Part shown: piece after piece, positions 23,065-36,200 of the stretch
How positions within the stretch are numbered: the stretch's first letter is position 1
Layout: every line of letters begins with the position of its first letter
From: Pristiophorus japonicus
Taxonomy: Eukaryota
NCBI RefSeq assembly: GCF_044704955.1
Contig: NC_091984.1
Location: 147,436,001-147,500,000 of the forward strand
Length of the DNA stretch: 64,000 nucleotides
Reading direction: 5' to 3'
The notes under the pieces: generated by a model
Database searches by the model: none
What the model was told of the DNA's origin: nothing
What the model saw: the letters and a program-made list of their open reading frames with translations, nothing else
Program-made: the position numbers and the translations under genes

Positions 23065-26000
23065 ATTCGGCCCATCGTGTCCGTGCCGGCCGACAAAGAT
23101 CTATCCAGCCTAATCCCACTTTCCAGCTCTGGGTCCGTAGCTCTGTAGGTTACGGCACTTCAAGTGCACATCCAAGTACTTCTTAAATGTGGTGAGGGTT
23201 TCTGCCCCTACCACCCTTTCAGGTAGTGAGTTCCAGACCCCCACCACCCTCTGGGTGAAAAGGATTCTCCTCAACTACCCTCTAATCCTTCTATCAATTA
23301 CTTTAAATCTGTGACACCTGGTTAGTGACCCTACTGCAGAGGGAAATAGGTCTTGGCCGCATCCTCCGCCAGGATCAACTGAGAAATGTTCCGCACTCCT
23401 GGTGGGTCAGTGGCAGGTGGACTCCCTGCTGGAGGAGCTCAGGCCTTTTGCCTAGAGCACGACCCATTTTCTCTATCTGGGAGTCTACCTTAGCCCTGAC
23501 GAGGAAGCCTGGCCGGCGAACTGCCAGGAGCTGGAGGCCAAAGTCGCCGCTCACCTAGGGCGCTGGACAGGACTGCTCCGAGTGCTGTCCTACAGGGGTC
23601 CAGTGCCATCATAAACCAGCTGGTGGCCTCTATGCTGTGGTACCGGCTGGTCACTTTGACCCCTCCCCCGCGTTTGTCGCCAACATACAGAAGAAGCTGG
23701 TGGACTTCTTCTGGAACAAGAGGAAACATTGGGTCTTTGCTGCGGATTTAAGTCTCCCACTTAGGGAGGGCGGTCAGGCGTTGGTGTGCATCAGTACCTA
23801 GCATGCAACTTTCCATCTTCAGACCCTGCAGAGATACCTGTACGTCGAGCCCCCTCCTAGGTGGCGTGCGCTGGCGACGTATTTCTTCCGCCAGCAGTAC
23901 TGCCTCAATTATGACATGCAGCTCCTGTTTGTGAGCCTGGGGGGCATCAGGACCCCCATACCGTGGCTTCCTGTCTTTTACCAGGAATTCATCAGAGTCT
24001 GGAACAGTGTCACCACCAAGCGCAGGTCTCCCCCGTCTGGAGTGGCGGCTGTCCTGCAGGAGCCGCTGCTCAGGAATCTGTACCTCCATGACCGCGGTTT
24101 TAGGTGGCAGGCAGACGAGAGTGCTGTGGCTGGCGAGGTGACCAGGGTCAGGGATCTGCTTGATGGCGGAGGAGTGGGCTGGATGTGGCCAGACTTGGTA
24201 GGATGTTGCCTAAACTGGGTCAACATCCAACGTGCGGCCAATGCCATCGAGTCGCTAAAAACAGCACTGGTCCCTGACTCCGTTAGGTGTGTCGAGGAGG
24301 CTCAAGCACGTGGGTTGATCCCCTCCGAACTGACCCCCGTCCAGACAGAATTCCTCATCGCACCAAGCCCCAAAACCTCCTTTTGGAGCCGGCACCTCCC
24401 AAATTGAGCCTCCTCGGGGAAATCCCCTCGTGCCTTTCAGTTCTGCGTGGAGGGGTTTCCTGTACGGGCTGTTCCTGCACACTCTCAACCTTGCCATTCT
24501 CGTCTGCCGTCCAGACACGCCATGGCATACCATCTTGTCGTCCGGAGGAGGCGGGGGTCCCCAGTGGAGTGCACTCTACGCGGGAGTCCTCCCTCTATTT
24601 ATTGGGGACTTGGCCTGGAGGGTGTTGCACGGAGCAGTCCCGTGCAATAAGTTTTTAAGTCGGTTCACGGGCTCCCAGGCCGCTTGCAATTTCTGCTGTC
24701 TGGAAGAGTCCGTGTTCCTTGTTTTTATGGAGTGTGTGAGGTTGCAGCCCCTCTTCTGTTATTTGAAGGGGCTGCTCCTCAAATTCTGGTTGCACTTCAG
24801 TCCCATACACCTGATCTTTGGGCACCCTGTGCGGAGAGGAGCGGGCAGGTCAGAAGGCCTCCCCGTAGGACTGCTCCTGGGCATGGCCAAGTGGGCCATC
24901 AGCCGGTCCAGGCAGCGGGCGGTCGAAGGGGTCGTTCATCCTGACTGCCTGCCTCTCTTCCACGGTTACATCCGAGCCAGGGTATCCCTGGAGCTGGAGC
25001 ACGCGGTGTCCACCGGTACTTTCACGAGAGGTGGGCACTGGAGGGACTGGAGTGCATCATCACCCCCGGCAGCCAAATTTTAATTTGATCATTTAATTTT
25101 ATAGTTTAATTTGTTTAATTTGTCAGTTTTCGTGCCCCCCCTTTTTGGCCCAGGGGACACTTGTATAATTTGTGTGTTGGTGCCCTCAAAAAAAAACGGG
25201 CACTGGAAAAATGTATCTTGGTGTGTGACCCTCCCCCCGCCCCCCTTCAGGGGGCATTTGTTTAAAGTGCACAAATAAAATAGTTGTGGGAAATAGGTCC
25301 TTCTTAACCACTCTATCTCGGCCCCTCATAATTTTATACACCTCAATTAAATCTCCCCTCAGCCTCCTCTGCTCCAAAGAAAATAACCCAGCCTATCCAA
25401 TCTTTCATCATAACTAAAATTTTCCAGTCCTGGTAACATCCTCATAAATCTCCTTTGTACTCTAGCTGTGGCTGAACTACTATTTTAAACAGTTATAACA
25501 TAACCTCCCTGCTCTTATATTCAGTGCCACGACTAATAAAGGCAAGTATCCCATATGCCTTCTTAGCCACCTTATCTACCTGGCCTGCTACCTTCAGGGA
25601 TCTGTGGTCCTGCACTCCAAGGTCCCTTTGTTCCTCTACACTTCTCAGGGTCCTACCATTTAATGTGTCTTCCCTTGCCTTGTTAGCCTTCCCCAAATGC
25701 ATTACCTCACAGTTCTGGATTGAAATCCATTTGCCACTGTTCTGCCCACCTGACCAGTCCATTGATACCTTCCTGCAGTCGATAGCTTTCTTCCTCACTA
25801 TCATCTGCAAACTTCTTAATCATGTTCTCGACATTGAAATCTAAATCATTGGTGTACATTACAAAGAGCAAGGGACTTAGTACTGAGCCCTACGGAACCC
25901 CATTCGAAACAGCCTTCCAGTCACAAAAACATCCGTTAACCATTACCCTTGGCTTCCTGCCACTGAGCCAATTTTGGATCCAACTTGCTACTTTCCCTTG

Positions 26001-27505
26001 GATCCCATGGGCTTTTACTTTTCTGCCACATGAGACTTTGCCAAATGCCTTGCAAAAATCCATGTAGACTACATCAAAGGTGCAACACTCATCGACCCTC
26101 CTTGTTATCTCCGCAAAAAATTCACTCAAGTTAGTCAGGCACGACCTTCCCTTAACAATTCCATGCTGACTGTCCTTGATTAATCTGTCGCTTTCTATAT
26201 GACAATTTATCCTCTCCCTCAGAATTGTTTCCAATAATTTTCCAACCACCGAGGTTAGGCTGACTGGCCTGTAATTACTCGGTCTATCCCTTTCTCACTT
26301 TTTAAACAAAGGTACCACGTTAGCAGTCCTCCAGTCCTCTGACACCACACCTGGAGCCAGAGAGGATTGGAAAATGATAGTCAGAGCCTCTGCTATTTCC
26401 TCCCTTGCTTCTCTTAACAACCTGGGATACATTTGATCTGGGCCTGGTGATTTATCCACTTTCAAAGCTGCTAAGCCCCTCAATACTTCCTCTCTCACTT
26501 TGTTTATCTTATCTCATATTTCATACTTCTCCTCCTTAATTACAATGTCTGCATCGTCCCTCTCTTCTGTGAAGACAGATGCAAAGTATTCACAAAGAAC
26601 CATACCCACGTCTTCCGTCTCCACACACAGGTTATCTTTTTGGTCTCCAATAGGCCCCACTCTTGCCTTGCTCTTTATGTATTTATAAAACATCTTTGGG
26701 TTTTCCTTGATATTACTTGCCAATATGTTTTCATGCCTTCTCTTTGCATTCCTAATTTCCTTTTTAATTTCACCCCTGCACTTTCTAAACTTCTCTGGGC
26801 TTTCTGCAGTATTTAGCACTGGGTATCTGACATAAGCTTCCCTTTTTTGCCTTATCCTACCCTGTATGACCTGTGCCATCCAGGGGGCTCTAGATTTGGG
26901 AGTGCCACCCTTTTCCTTTGTGGGAACATACTTGCTCTGAACCCTCACTATCTCCCACTGCTCTGACACTGATTTACCTTCAAGTAGCTGTTTCCAGCCC
27001 ACTTTTGCTAAATCACCTCTCAGCTTAGTAAAATGGGCCTTTCCCCAATTGAGAACCTTTATTCCTGCTCTGTCTTTGTCCTTTTCCAAAACTACGCTAA
27101 ATCTAACTGAATTATAATCACTAGCACCAAAATGCTCTCCCACTGATACCCTTTCCACCTGCCCAGCTTCATTCCCTAAAACGAAGTCCAGAACCACCCC
27201 TCCCTTGTTGGGCTTGCTACGTACTGGCTATAAAAGTTCTCCTGAATGCATTTGAAGAATTCTGGGACCTCTGTACCTTTGACACTGATTCCATCCCAGT
27301 TAATGTGAGGGGAGTTGAAATCCCCGACTATTGCTGCCCGATTGTTTTTGACCTTCTCAGCAATTTGCCGACATATTTTCTCTTCTATCTCCCTCTGACT
27401 GTTGAGGGGTCTATAGTACACTCCCAGCAGTGTGATCGCCCCTTTTATGTTCATCATTTTAACCCATATGGACTCATTTGATGATCCTTCTAACATATCC
27501 TCCCT
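23065..27505 (-). mobile_element. Degenerate CR1 LINE (APE through 3' end), interrupted by the Tx1-like element
   Basis: Minus ORFs 27176-27496 (GVYYRP, VGDFN), 26514-27197, 25890-26249 and 25493-25810. Confidence 0.88.
23353..25287 (+). mobile_element. 5'-truncated Tx1/L1-like LINE (RT C-terminus and zinc-binding domain), frameshifted, 12-bp TSD
   Basis: ORFs 23916-24407 and 24430-25083 (WRVLHGAVPCN...CNFC..EESV..VFMEC); GGGAAATAGGTC at both 23341-23352 and 25288-25299; aaataaaa near the 3' end. Confidence 0.88.
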
Positions 27506-27699
27506 CTGTCAGAGGTGCTGTCTTTCAGATGAGACGTTAAACCAAAGTCCCGTCTGCCCTCTCAGGTGGACATGAAAGATCCCATAACTACTACTGGAAG
27601 GGCAAGGGGGTTCTTCCCAGTGTCCTGGCCAATATTTATCCCACAACAAACATAGTTAAAACTGATGATCTGGTCATGATCTCATTGCCGTCTGGGAGC

Positions 27700-28175
27700 T
27701 TCATAGAATCAGAGAAATTTACAGCATGAAAGGAGGCCATTCGGCCCATCGTGTCCGCACCGGTCGACAAAGATCTATCCAGCCTAATCCAACTTCCCAG
27801 CTCTTGGTCCGTAGCCCTGTGGGTTACCGCATTTCAAGTGTACATCCAAGTATTTCTTAAATGTGCTAAGGGTTTCTGCCTCTACCATCCTTTCAGGCAG
27901 TGAGTTCCAAACCCTCACCACCCTCTGGGTAATGACATATCCCCTCAAATCCCCTCTAAATCTCCGACCAATCACTTTAGATCTATGCCCTGGTTATTGA
28001 GCCCTATGCTAAGTGAAATAGGTCCGTCTTATCCATGCTATCTAGGGCCCTCATAATTTTATACACCTCAATAAGGTCTCCCCTCAGCCTCCTCTGTTCC
28101 AAAGAAAACAACCCCAGCCTATCCAATCTTTCCTCATAGCTAAAATTTTGCAGTCCAGGCAGCATCCTCGTAAAC
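27700..28175 (-). mobile_element. CR1 3' fragment
   Basis: ORFs 27784-27975 and 28004-28204. Confidence 0.85.
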
Positions 28176-28729
28176 CTTCCTGTGTGCAATTGGTTGTGAA
28201 GCAACTTCGGAAGTCCTGAGGTTGTGAAAGGCGCTATATAAATTCAAGGCTTTCTTTCATTGAAGTGGGTGGGCCCTGATCCTGACCCTCAGCCATTGTC
28301 CGCACACTCTGACCTTCCAGGAGGTCACGGGATCATTGGGAGCAGTGACCCTGCCTGACCCCGGTACACTGAGGCTAATTGTAGCCTCACCATTGACCTC
28401 ACCCCGGTGCTGGGCAGCAAGCTTTTAAATGCAATCTAGAAGCATCAACACCGACACCCAACATGAAGCCTTGCTGAAGTGTGTTTATACAAGTGTGCCG
28501 CAATGTTCCCGGATAAAGTTCTCCCGATCTGTGTGTGATCTGAGCTTTCTCACTGCTGAGCCTGTTTCCCCTGTATCCACCCATCTACAGTTCGAGCTTC
28601 CTGCCAGTGAACAGTGTCTTAATGGGACACTCAGTCTTTACCGACTCTTACTGTTAACCATTTCAGTGCTGAATGTGTGCCAACCCTGCACTGCAGATGT
28701 TTATACAACAGTCCAATCTGATTTTGAGT

Positions 28730-29160
28730 ATCAGCTGTGGCTCACTGCGTTGCACTCTCGCCTCGGAGTCAGAAGGTTGTGGGATCAAGTCCCACTCTAC
28801 GGACTTGAGCACAAAAATCGAGGCTGACACTCCAGTGCAGTGCTGAGGGAGCGATGTAAAACCAAGGCCCCGTCTGCCATCTCAGGTGGATGTAAAAGAT
28901 CCCATGCCACTATTTTGAAGAAGAGCAGGGGAGTTCTCCCCGGTGTCCTGGCCAATATTTATCCCTCAACCAACATGACAAAAGAACAGATTATCAGGTC
29001 GTTATCACATCGCTGTTTGTGGGAGCTTGCTGTGCACAGATTGGCTGCCGTGTTTCCCACATTGCAACAGTGACTACACTCCAAAAGTACTTCATTGGCT
29101 GTAAAATGCTTTGAGATGTCCGGTGGTTGTGAAAGTTGCAATATAAATGCAATATTTCCT
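28730..29160 (+). mobile_element. tRNA-headed Deu-domain SINE (SacSINE1-like)
   Basis: A/B-box-like head (tggctca...ggatcaagtccc), Deu-like core caggtggatgtaaaagatcccatg...gaagagcagggg...tcctggccaatatt, LINE-like tail atataaatgcaa. Confidence 0.75.
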
Positions 29161-29399
29161 TTTTTTTTAATCACCTTAACATCAAACGCATTTATATTTA
29201 GATCAAACTGATCAAGTGAGGCAAAGAAGATGAAGAATTAGTGTTGCTCACCTCTAATGGTTAATCACCAGCCAGGAGTTCATTAACCCAACTCTCCGTT
29301 ATCAGATGTGAATTATCCCCACACGGAAACACCCACAGTGACACACACACACACACACATTAATATACACCTATTAAACATCCTTCTCCTCCCTTTCAG

Positions 29400-29728
29400 G
29401 CCGAGGGAAGACACCACCCACGCTGACCCTGCTGCCCCCCTCCCCGGAGGAGGTCACGACCAAGGGCACTGCCACCCTGGTGTGCCTCGCCGATCACTTC
29501 TACCCCGATGCGGTGGAGGTGGAGTGGAAGAAGGACGGGGCGACCATTTCGGCCGGGGTCCAGACCAGCGACTACCTGCGAGCTTCGGACAACACCTACA
29601 GTGTCAGCAGCCTGCTGACCCTCTCTGGCTCCGACTGGGAGTCCAACGCCAGCTTCTCCTGCAGCCTCATCCACGAGAGCCTCTCCTCTCCCCTCAGCAA
29701 GGGCGTCAGGAGAGCAGAATGTGCGTAG
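29400..29728 (+). CDS. IGKC: Ig kappa light chain constant exon
   Basis: Acceptor ccctttcag at 29399; in frame with J (A+GC): SRGKTPPTLTLLPPSPEEVTTKGTATLVCLADHFYP...W...YSVSSLLTL...FSCSLIH...ECA*; C1-set Cys/Trp/Cys and terminal Cys are intact. Confidence 0.97.
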
Positions 29729-29887
29729 TGTGTCAGGGACAGTCCGCGGGGGAGACACAACTTTAAATAGAACAAGGGGTGAGCCGGGAGGGCAAAGGTC
29801 ATTGTCAGCACTGCATTTCTCCTTTCTTCCTTCTCGGGACTGGGTCAAGGAAAGCATCTGAGTCTCAGGGGGTAAGGCAAGTTATTG

Positions 29888-29963
29888 GGGCAGTGTCGAG
29901 GGAGCTTTACTCTGTATCTAACCCGTGCTGTACCTGCCCTGGGAGTGTTTGATGGGACAGTGT
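29888..29963. repeat. Single unit of a shark minisatellite-like repeat in the kappa 3' UTR
   Basis: gggcagtgtcgagggagctttactctgtatctaacccgtgctgtacctgccctgggagtgtttgatgggacagtgt (terminal gg.cagtgt repeated). Confidence 0.5.
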
Positions 29964-30159
29964 TGATTCGTGCTGCCAAGTAAAACCTCTCGAAGATGCT
30001 GAAGACTGTCAGCAGAGTAAAACTAATGTTAAACTGTGAAGTGCCGCTTCAGTAAGCAGACCTCCTCCCTGCTCACCCTGTTGTTACAATTCAAGGTTTA
30101 GTCCCCGTTTAAAAGGGACAGGATTCTCACGGTGTGGAGAAAATCCCCACAACTGTTTT

Positions 30160-30260
30160 AATAAAGCTGCATTCTCCCTGTGAATGTCTCCAGCTCGCTC
30201 TCGCTGGGCTGTTTATTCAATTCTTGTTACTCTAAATGTGAATCTGTAAAAGGCAATAAA
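30160..30260 (+). terminator. Polyadenylation signals of the kappa transcript
   Basis: AATAAA at 30160-30165 and 30255-30260, followed by GT-rich tctgtgtctgg. Confidence 0.75.
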
Positions 30261-30969
30261 CGTGAAGAATATTCATTCTGTGTCTGGCGAGTGCTTTGGA
30301 AATGCCCCACCTCCCCCTCAGCTAGATTGGCTGCATTTCAGTAAGTGTATGTCCTGATTGGCTCGGTGGGCTGTCAATCAATGGCACGTTAGCAGGAGAT
30401 TTGTTTTAAAGCCAATTATCAATCATTTTAAAACGATCAATTTGACCTCGAACCCCTGGAGTGCACAAGATTAAACACAGAGACAGTAAAAGCTGCTGGG
30501 ATTAAACTCTCCCAGTCTGGGCATTGTCTCTCACTCTGCACACTGGGCGTGTTGGGGCAGCCCCGATAGTGGGATCGCACTGTGCACTTGTGCTGACTGC
30601 TGGGGGCAATCTGGGGGCAGGAGGCCAAGGTCACAACGTTGCATTCTCTCTCCTTAACGTGTGGCTCGTGGCAGCAGCACAAAACTGTCCCGAGTGAGGC
30701 CTCAGCTTCGGGAGAGGGGCAGTCAGTGTATCACCGTGTACATGTCCCTGAATGTTAGTGTGGCTTACCTAGCACCGCCTGTAGGTGTGTGTGTGTATGT
30801 GTGAGTGTTACCCAGCATTGTTATGTCGGCCTGAGGAGTGCTCCGCGGTGATGCGGTCTTTAAGGGACTGTGGGGGAGGAGGGGAGTGGAGGGGTGACCA
30901 GGGCGATGATCAGGGGCTGACCTTGTGTGGAATGGTGGGGACCAGGGCGATCGGGGGGGTGTTCTCAGG

Positions 30970-32540
30970 GAGTCTCACCAATACCCTGTGCAGATGTAGC
31001 AGGACTTCTCTGCTTTTATACTCCATCCCCCTTACAATAAAGGGCAACATTACATTAGCTTTCCTTATCACTTGCTGTACCTGCATACTAACTTTTTGTG
31101 TTTCATGCACCAGGACCCCCAGGTCCCTCTGTACTGCAGCAGTTTGCAAGTTTTCTCCTTTTAAAAAATAAATTGCTTTCCTATTCTTTCTGCCAAATGG
31201 ATAGCCTCACATTTTCCCACATTATACTCCATCTGCCAACGTTTTGCCCACTCACTGAGCCTGTCTATATCCCTTTGCAGATTTTTAGTGTCCTCTTCAC
31301 AATGTGCTTTCCCAGCCACCATCATAGGCAGTCCCTTGGAATTGAGGAAGACTTGCTTCCAATCTTAAAATGAGTCGTTAGGTGACTGAGCAGTCCAATA
31401 CGAGAACCACAGTCCCTGCCACAGGTGGGACAGACAGTCATTGAGGGTAAGGGTGGGTGGGACAGGTTTGCTGCACGTTCCTTCCGCTGCCTGCACTTGA
31501 TTTCTGCATGCACCACGGCGATGAGATGCGAAGTGCTCAGCGCCATCCCAGATACATTTCCTCCACTTCGGGAAGTCTTTGGCCAGGGTCTCCCAGGTGT
31601 CAGTGGGGATTTTTCACTTCATCAGGGAGGCTTTGAGGGTGTCCTTGTAACGTTCCTCTGCCCACCTTTGGCTAGTTTGCCGTGAAAGAGTTCCGAGTAG
31701 AGCGAGTATTCAAAAAGGAGTTAGATATAGTCCTTACTACTAGGGTTAGGGTTAGGGGTCAAGGGGTATGGCGAGAAAGCAGGAATGGGGTACTGAAGTT
31801 GCATGTTCAGCCATGAACTCATTGAATGACGGTGCAGGCTCGAAGGGCCGAATGGCCTACTCCTGCACCTAGTTTCTATGTTTCTATGTTTCTATGTTTG
31901 GGTGTCTTGTATCTGGCATGTGGACAATGTGGCCTGCTCATGGAGCTGATCAAGTGTGGTCATGCTTCAATGCTGGGGATGTTGACCTGGTCGAGGACAC
32001 TAATGTTGGTGCGTCTGTCCTCCCAGCAAATTTTGCTACTTTACACTCAGTTCCTTCGTCATTAATAGAGATTGGAAATAATTGAGGCCACAGCACCGAT
32101 CCCTGTGGCACCTCACTAGTTACTGTTTGCCAAAGGGAAAATGACCCATTTATCCTGATTCTCTGTTTTCTGTTAGTTAGCCAATCTTCTATCCATGCTA
32201 ATATATTACCCCCAACCCCGTGAACTTTTATCTTGTGTCTTTTATGTGGCACCTTATCGAATGCCTTCTGGAAATACAAATACACCACATCCACTGGTTC
32301 CCCTTTGTCCACCCTGCTCGTTACATCCTCAAAGAATTCCAGCAAATTTGTCAAACATGATTTCCCTTTCATAAAACCATGCTGACTCTGCTTGATTGAA
32401 CTACGCTTTTCCAAATGTCCTGCTACTGCTTCCTTAATAATGGACTCCAGCATTTTCCCAACGACAGATGTTAGGCTAACTGGTCTATAGTTTCCTGCTT
32501 TCTGTCTGCCTCCTTTTTTAAATAGGGGCGTTACATTTGC
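30970..32540. mobile_element. Mosaic of CR1 (-), RTE 3' end (-, 31320-31700) and CR1 3' end (+, 31706-31900)
   Basis: ORFs 30910-31149 and 31950-32453 (CR1); 31322-31546 CPTCGRDCGSRIGLLSHL (RTE C-terminal zinc finger). Confidence 0.8.
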
Positions 32541-32607
32541 TGTGCGTGCTTTGGAGAGGGCGTTAAAAGGAGCGGCGACATCCAGAATACCAGATTTTGC
32601 CTCAATT

Positions 32608-33030
32608 CAACAACAACAACTTGTATTTATATAGCGCCTTTAACGTAGTGAAATGTCCCAAGGCACTTCCCAGGCGTATTATGAGATACAAAATTTGACA
32701 CCAAGTCACAAAAGAAGAAATTAGTGTAGGTGACTAAAGAGGTATGTTTTAAGGATCGTCTTGAAGGAGGAAAGAGAAGTAGAGAGGCGGAGAGGTTTAG
32801 GGAGAGAGTTCCAGAGCTTGGGGTCTCGGCAACAGAAGGCACGGCCACCAATGGTTGAGCGATTATAATCAGGGATGCTCAGGAGGGCAGAATTGGAGGA
32901 GCACAGACATTTCGGGGGCTTGTGGGGCTGGAGGAGATTACAGAGATAGGGAGGGGCGAGGCCATGAAGGGATTTGAAAACAAGGATGAGAATTTTAAAA
33001 ATCGAGGCATTGCTTAACCGGAAGCTGATG
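32608..33030 (-). mobile_element. L2-clade LINE 3' end with (TTG)n tail
   Basis: FKILILVFKSLHGLAPPYL...GGRAF...PKLWNSLP...FKTILKTYLF. Confidence 0.85.
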
Positions 33031-33247
33031 TTGGTCTCTACCCTCCCCTTTCCCCCGCCCCCCCGAGCTGCTCCCAAGCCTCGCTCCCTCCCCTCCCTCA
33101 CTCCTGCCTTCCTCACACCCCATCCCTCCTTCTCCCTCCCCCCAATCCCAACCCTCCCATCCATCACCCTGCACTCCCTCCCCACCTCCGTGCCCCCCTA
33201 CCTCACATGCCCCTCCTCCCCCCCCCATCCTCTCTGTCCCTCCCAAA

Positions 33248-36200
33248 CTGGAGTAGCCCATTCGGCCCCTCGAGCCTGCTCCACCATTCAATGAGATCAT
33301 GGCTGATCATTTATCACAACTCCACTTTCCTGCACTGTCCCCATATCTCTCGATTCCCTTAATATCCAAAAATCTATCGATCTCCATCTTAAATATACTC
33401 AACGACTGAGCCTCCACAGCCCTCTGGGGTAAAAAATTCCAACGATTCACTACATTTTCTGAGTGAAGAGGTTTCTCCTCATCTCAGTCCTAAATAGAGG
33501 ACCCCTTATTCTGAGACTGTGACCCCTGGTTCTTGACTCCCCAGCCAGAGGAAACATCCTCCCTGCATCTACCCTGTGAAGCCCTGTCAGAATTCTGTAT
33601 GTTTCAATGAGATCCCCTCTCATTCTTCGAAACTAGAGAGTATAGGTCTAGTCTACTCAATCTCTCCAAAGGACAATCCCCCATCCCAGATGTCCGTCTG
33701 ATGTGTCAGCGTGTTTGTCACATGTGACGGAGCAGACAGCAGGAGTTCCACCAGCAACACAGGACGTTACCTCAGTGCCCGGCCCACTTTCCCCATCCAC
33801 TTACCACATTCTTACAGGTAAACGGGCTCAGCCCCTGCCCTCGGCCGGTGAAATGTCTCCCCTCTACACCACAGGCTGCCCGTCATCTGTTCCCCATCTC
33901 ACTACTGAAGGCATGACCTCTGGCTGGGGCACAGCTCCCCTCCCCAAGTGGGCTCACTGTCCCAGTGTGAGCCCAGAGACTGAGCTCCCAAGTGGGCTCA
34001 CTGTCCCAGTGTGAGCCCAGATACTGAGCATTTCAGGCTAATCGACCATGAGGTCTCAGCTGTGGCTCAGTCACTAGCACGCTCGTCTCTGAGAAAAGAA
34101 AGAAAGACTAGCATTTATATAGCGCCTTTCACAACCGCCAGACATCCCAAATGCTTTACAGCCAATGAAGTAATTTTTGAAGTGTACTCACTGTCGTAAT
34201 GTCGGATATGCAGCAGCCAATTTGTGCACAGCAAGCTCCCACAAACTGCAATGTGATGATGACCAAATAACCTGTTTTTGTTATGTTGATTGAGGAATAA
34301 ATATTGGCCAGGACACCGCAGTGGGATTTGAACCCTCAAATTCTGACTCAGAGACTAGGGTGCTACCAACTGAGCCACTGGCTGACTCCATTCGGCCCAT
34401 CTTGTCCGCGCTGGCCGACAAAGGGCTATCCAGCCCAATCCCACTTTCCAGTTCTGGGTCCGTAGCCCTGTAGGTTACGGCACTTCAAGTGTATATCCAA
34501 GTACTTCTTAAATGTGGAGATTGTTTCTGCCTCTACCACCCTTTCAGGCAGTGAGTTCCAGACCCCCACCATCCTCTGGGTGAAGGCATTTCATAAGAAC
34601 ATAACAACATAAGAATTAGGAACAGGAGTAGGCCATCTAGCCCCTCGAGCCTGCTCCGCCATTCAATAAGATCATGGCTGATCTGGCCGTAGACTCAGCT
34701 CCACTTACCCGCCCGCTTCCCAGAACCCTTAATTGCCTTATTGGTTAAAAATCTATCTATCTGTGATTTGAATACATTCAATGAGCTAGCCTCAACTGTT
34801 TACTTGGGCAGAGAATTCCACAGATTCACAACTCTCTGGGAGAAGAAATTTCTTCTCAACTTGGTTTTAAATTGGCTCCCCCATATTTTGAGGCTGTGCC
34901 CCCTAGTTCTAGTCTCCCTCTCTGCCTCTATCTTGTCTATCCCTTTCATTATTTTAAATGTTTCTACAATATCACCCCTCATCCTTCTGAACTCCAACGA
35001 GTAAAGACCCAGTCTACTCAATCTATCATCATAAGGTAACCCCCTCATCTCTGGAATCAGCTGAGTGAATCGTCTCTGTACCCCCTCCAAAGCTAGCATA
35101 TACTTCCTTAAGTAAGGTGACCAAAACTGCACGCAGTACTCCAGGTGCGGCCTCACCAATACCCTGTACATTTGCAGCAGGACCTCCCTGCTTTTGTACT
35201 CCATCCCTCTCGCAATGAAGGCCAACATTCCATTCGCCTTCCTGATTACCTGCTGCACCTGCAAACTAACTTTTTGGGATTCATGCACAAGGACCCCCAG
35301 GTCCCTCTGCACCGCAGCATGTTGTAATTTCTCCCCATTCAAATAATATTTCCTTTTACTGTTTTTTTTTTCCAAGGTGGATGATCTCATATTTCCTGAC
35401 ATTGTATTCCATCTGCCAAACCTTAGCCCATTCGCTTAATCTATCTAAATCTCTTTGCAGCTTCTCTGTGTCCTCTACACAACCCGCTTTCCCACTAATC
35501 TTTGTGTCATCTGCAAATTTTGTTACGTTACACTCTGTCCCCTCTTCCAGGTCATTGTAAACAGTTGTGGTCCCAGCACCGATCTCTGTGGCACACGACT
35601 AACCACTGATTCCAACCCGAAAAGAATCCATTTATCCCGAATCTCTGCTTTCTGTTAGCCAGCCAATTCTCTATCCATGCTAATACATTTCCTCTGACCC
35701 CGCGTACCTTTATCTTCTTAACCTTTTGTGTGGCACCTTATTGAATGCCTTTTGGAAATCTAAATACACCACATCCATCGGTACACCTCTATCCACCATG
35801 CTTGTTATATCCTCAAAGAATTCCAGTAAATTAGTTAAACATGATTTCCCCTTCATGAATCCATGTTGCGTCTGCTTGATTGCACTATTCCTATGTAGAT
35901 GACCCGCTATTTCTTCCTTAATGATAGCTTCAAGCATTTTCCCACTACAGATGTTAAACTAACCGACCTATAGTTACCTGCCTTTTGTCTGCCCCCTTTT
36001 TAAAACAGAGGCGTCACATTAGCTGCTTTCCAATCCGCTGGTACCTCCCCAGAGTCCAGAGAATTTTGGTAGATTATAACGAATGCATCTGCTATAACTT
36101 CCACATCTCTTTTAATACCCTGGGATGCATTTCATCAGGACCAGGGGACTTGTCTACCTTGAGTCCCATTAGCCTGTCTAGCACTACCCCTCTAGTGATA

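Noticed and set aside
28730-28800. tRNA gene
   Set aside because: Degenerate A/B boxes continue into a SINE body; no cloverleaf
29308-29857. Overlapping ORFs 29308-29766 (+) and 29396-29857 (-)
   Set aside because: Alternative-frame shadows of the GC-rich C-kappa exon
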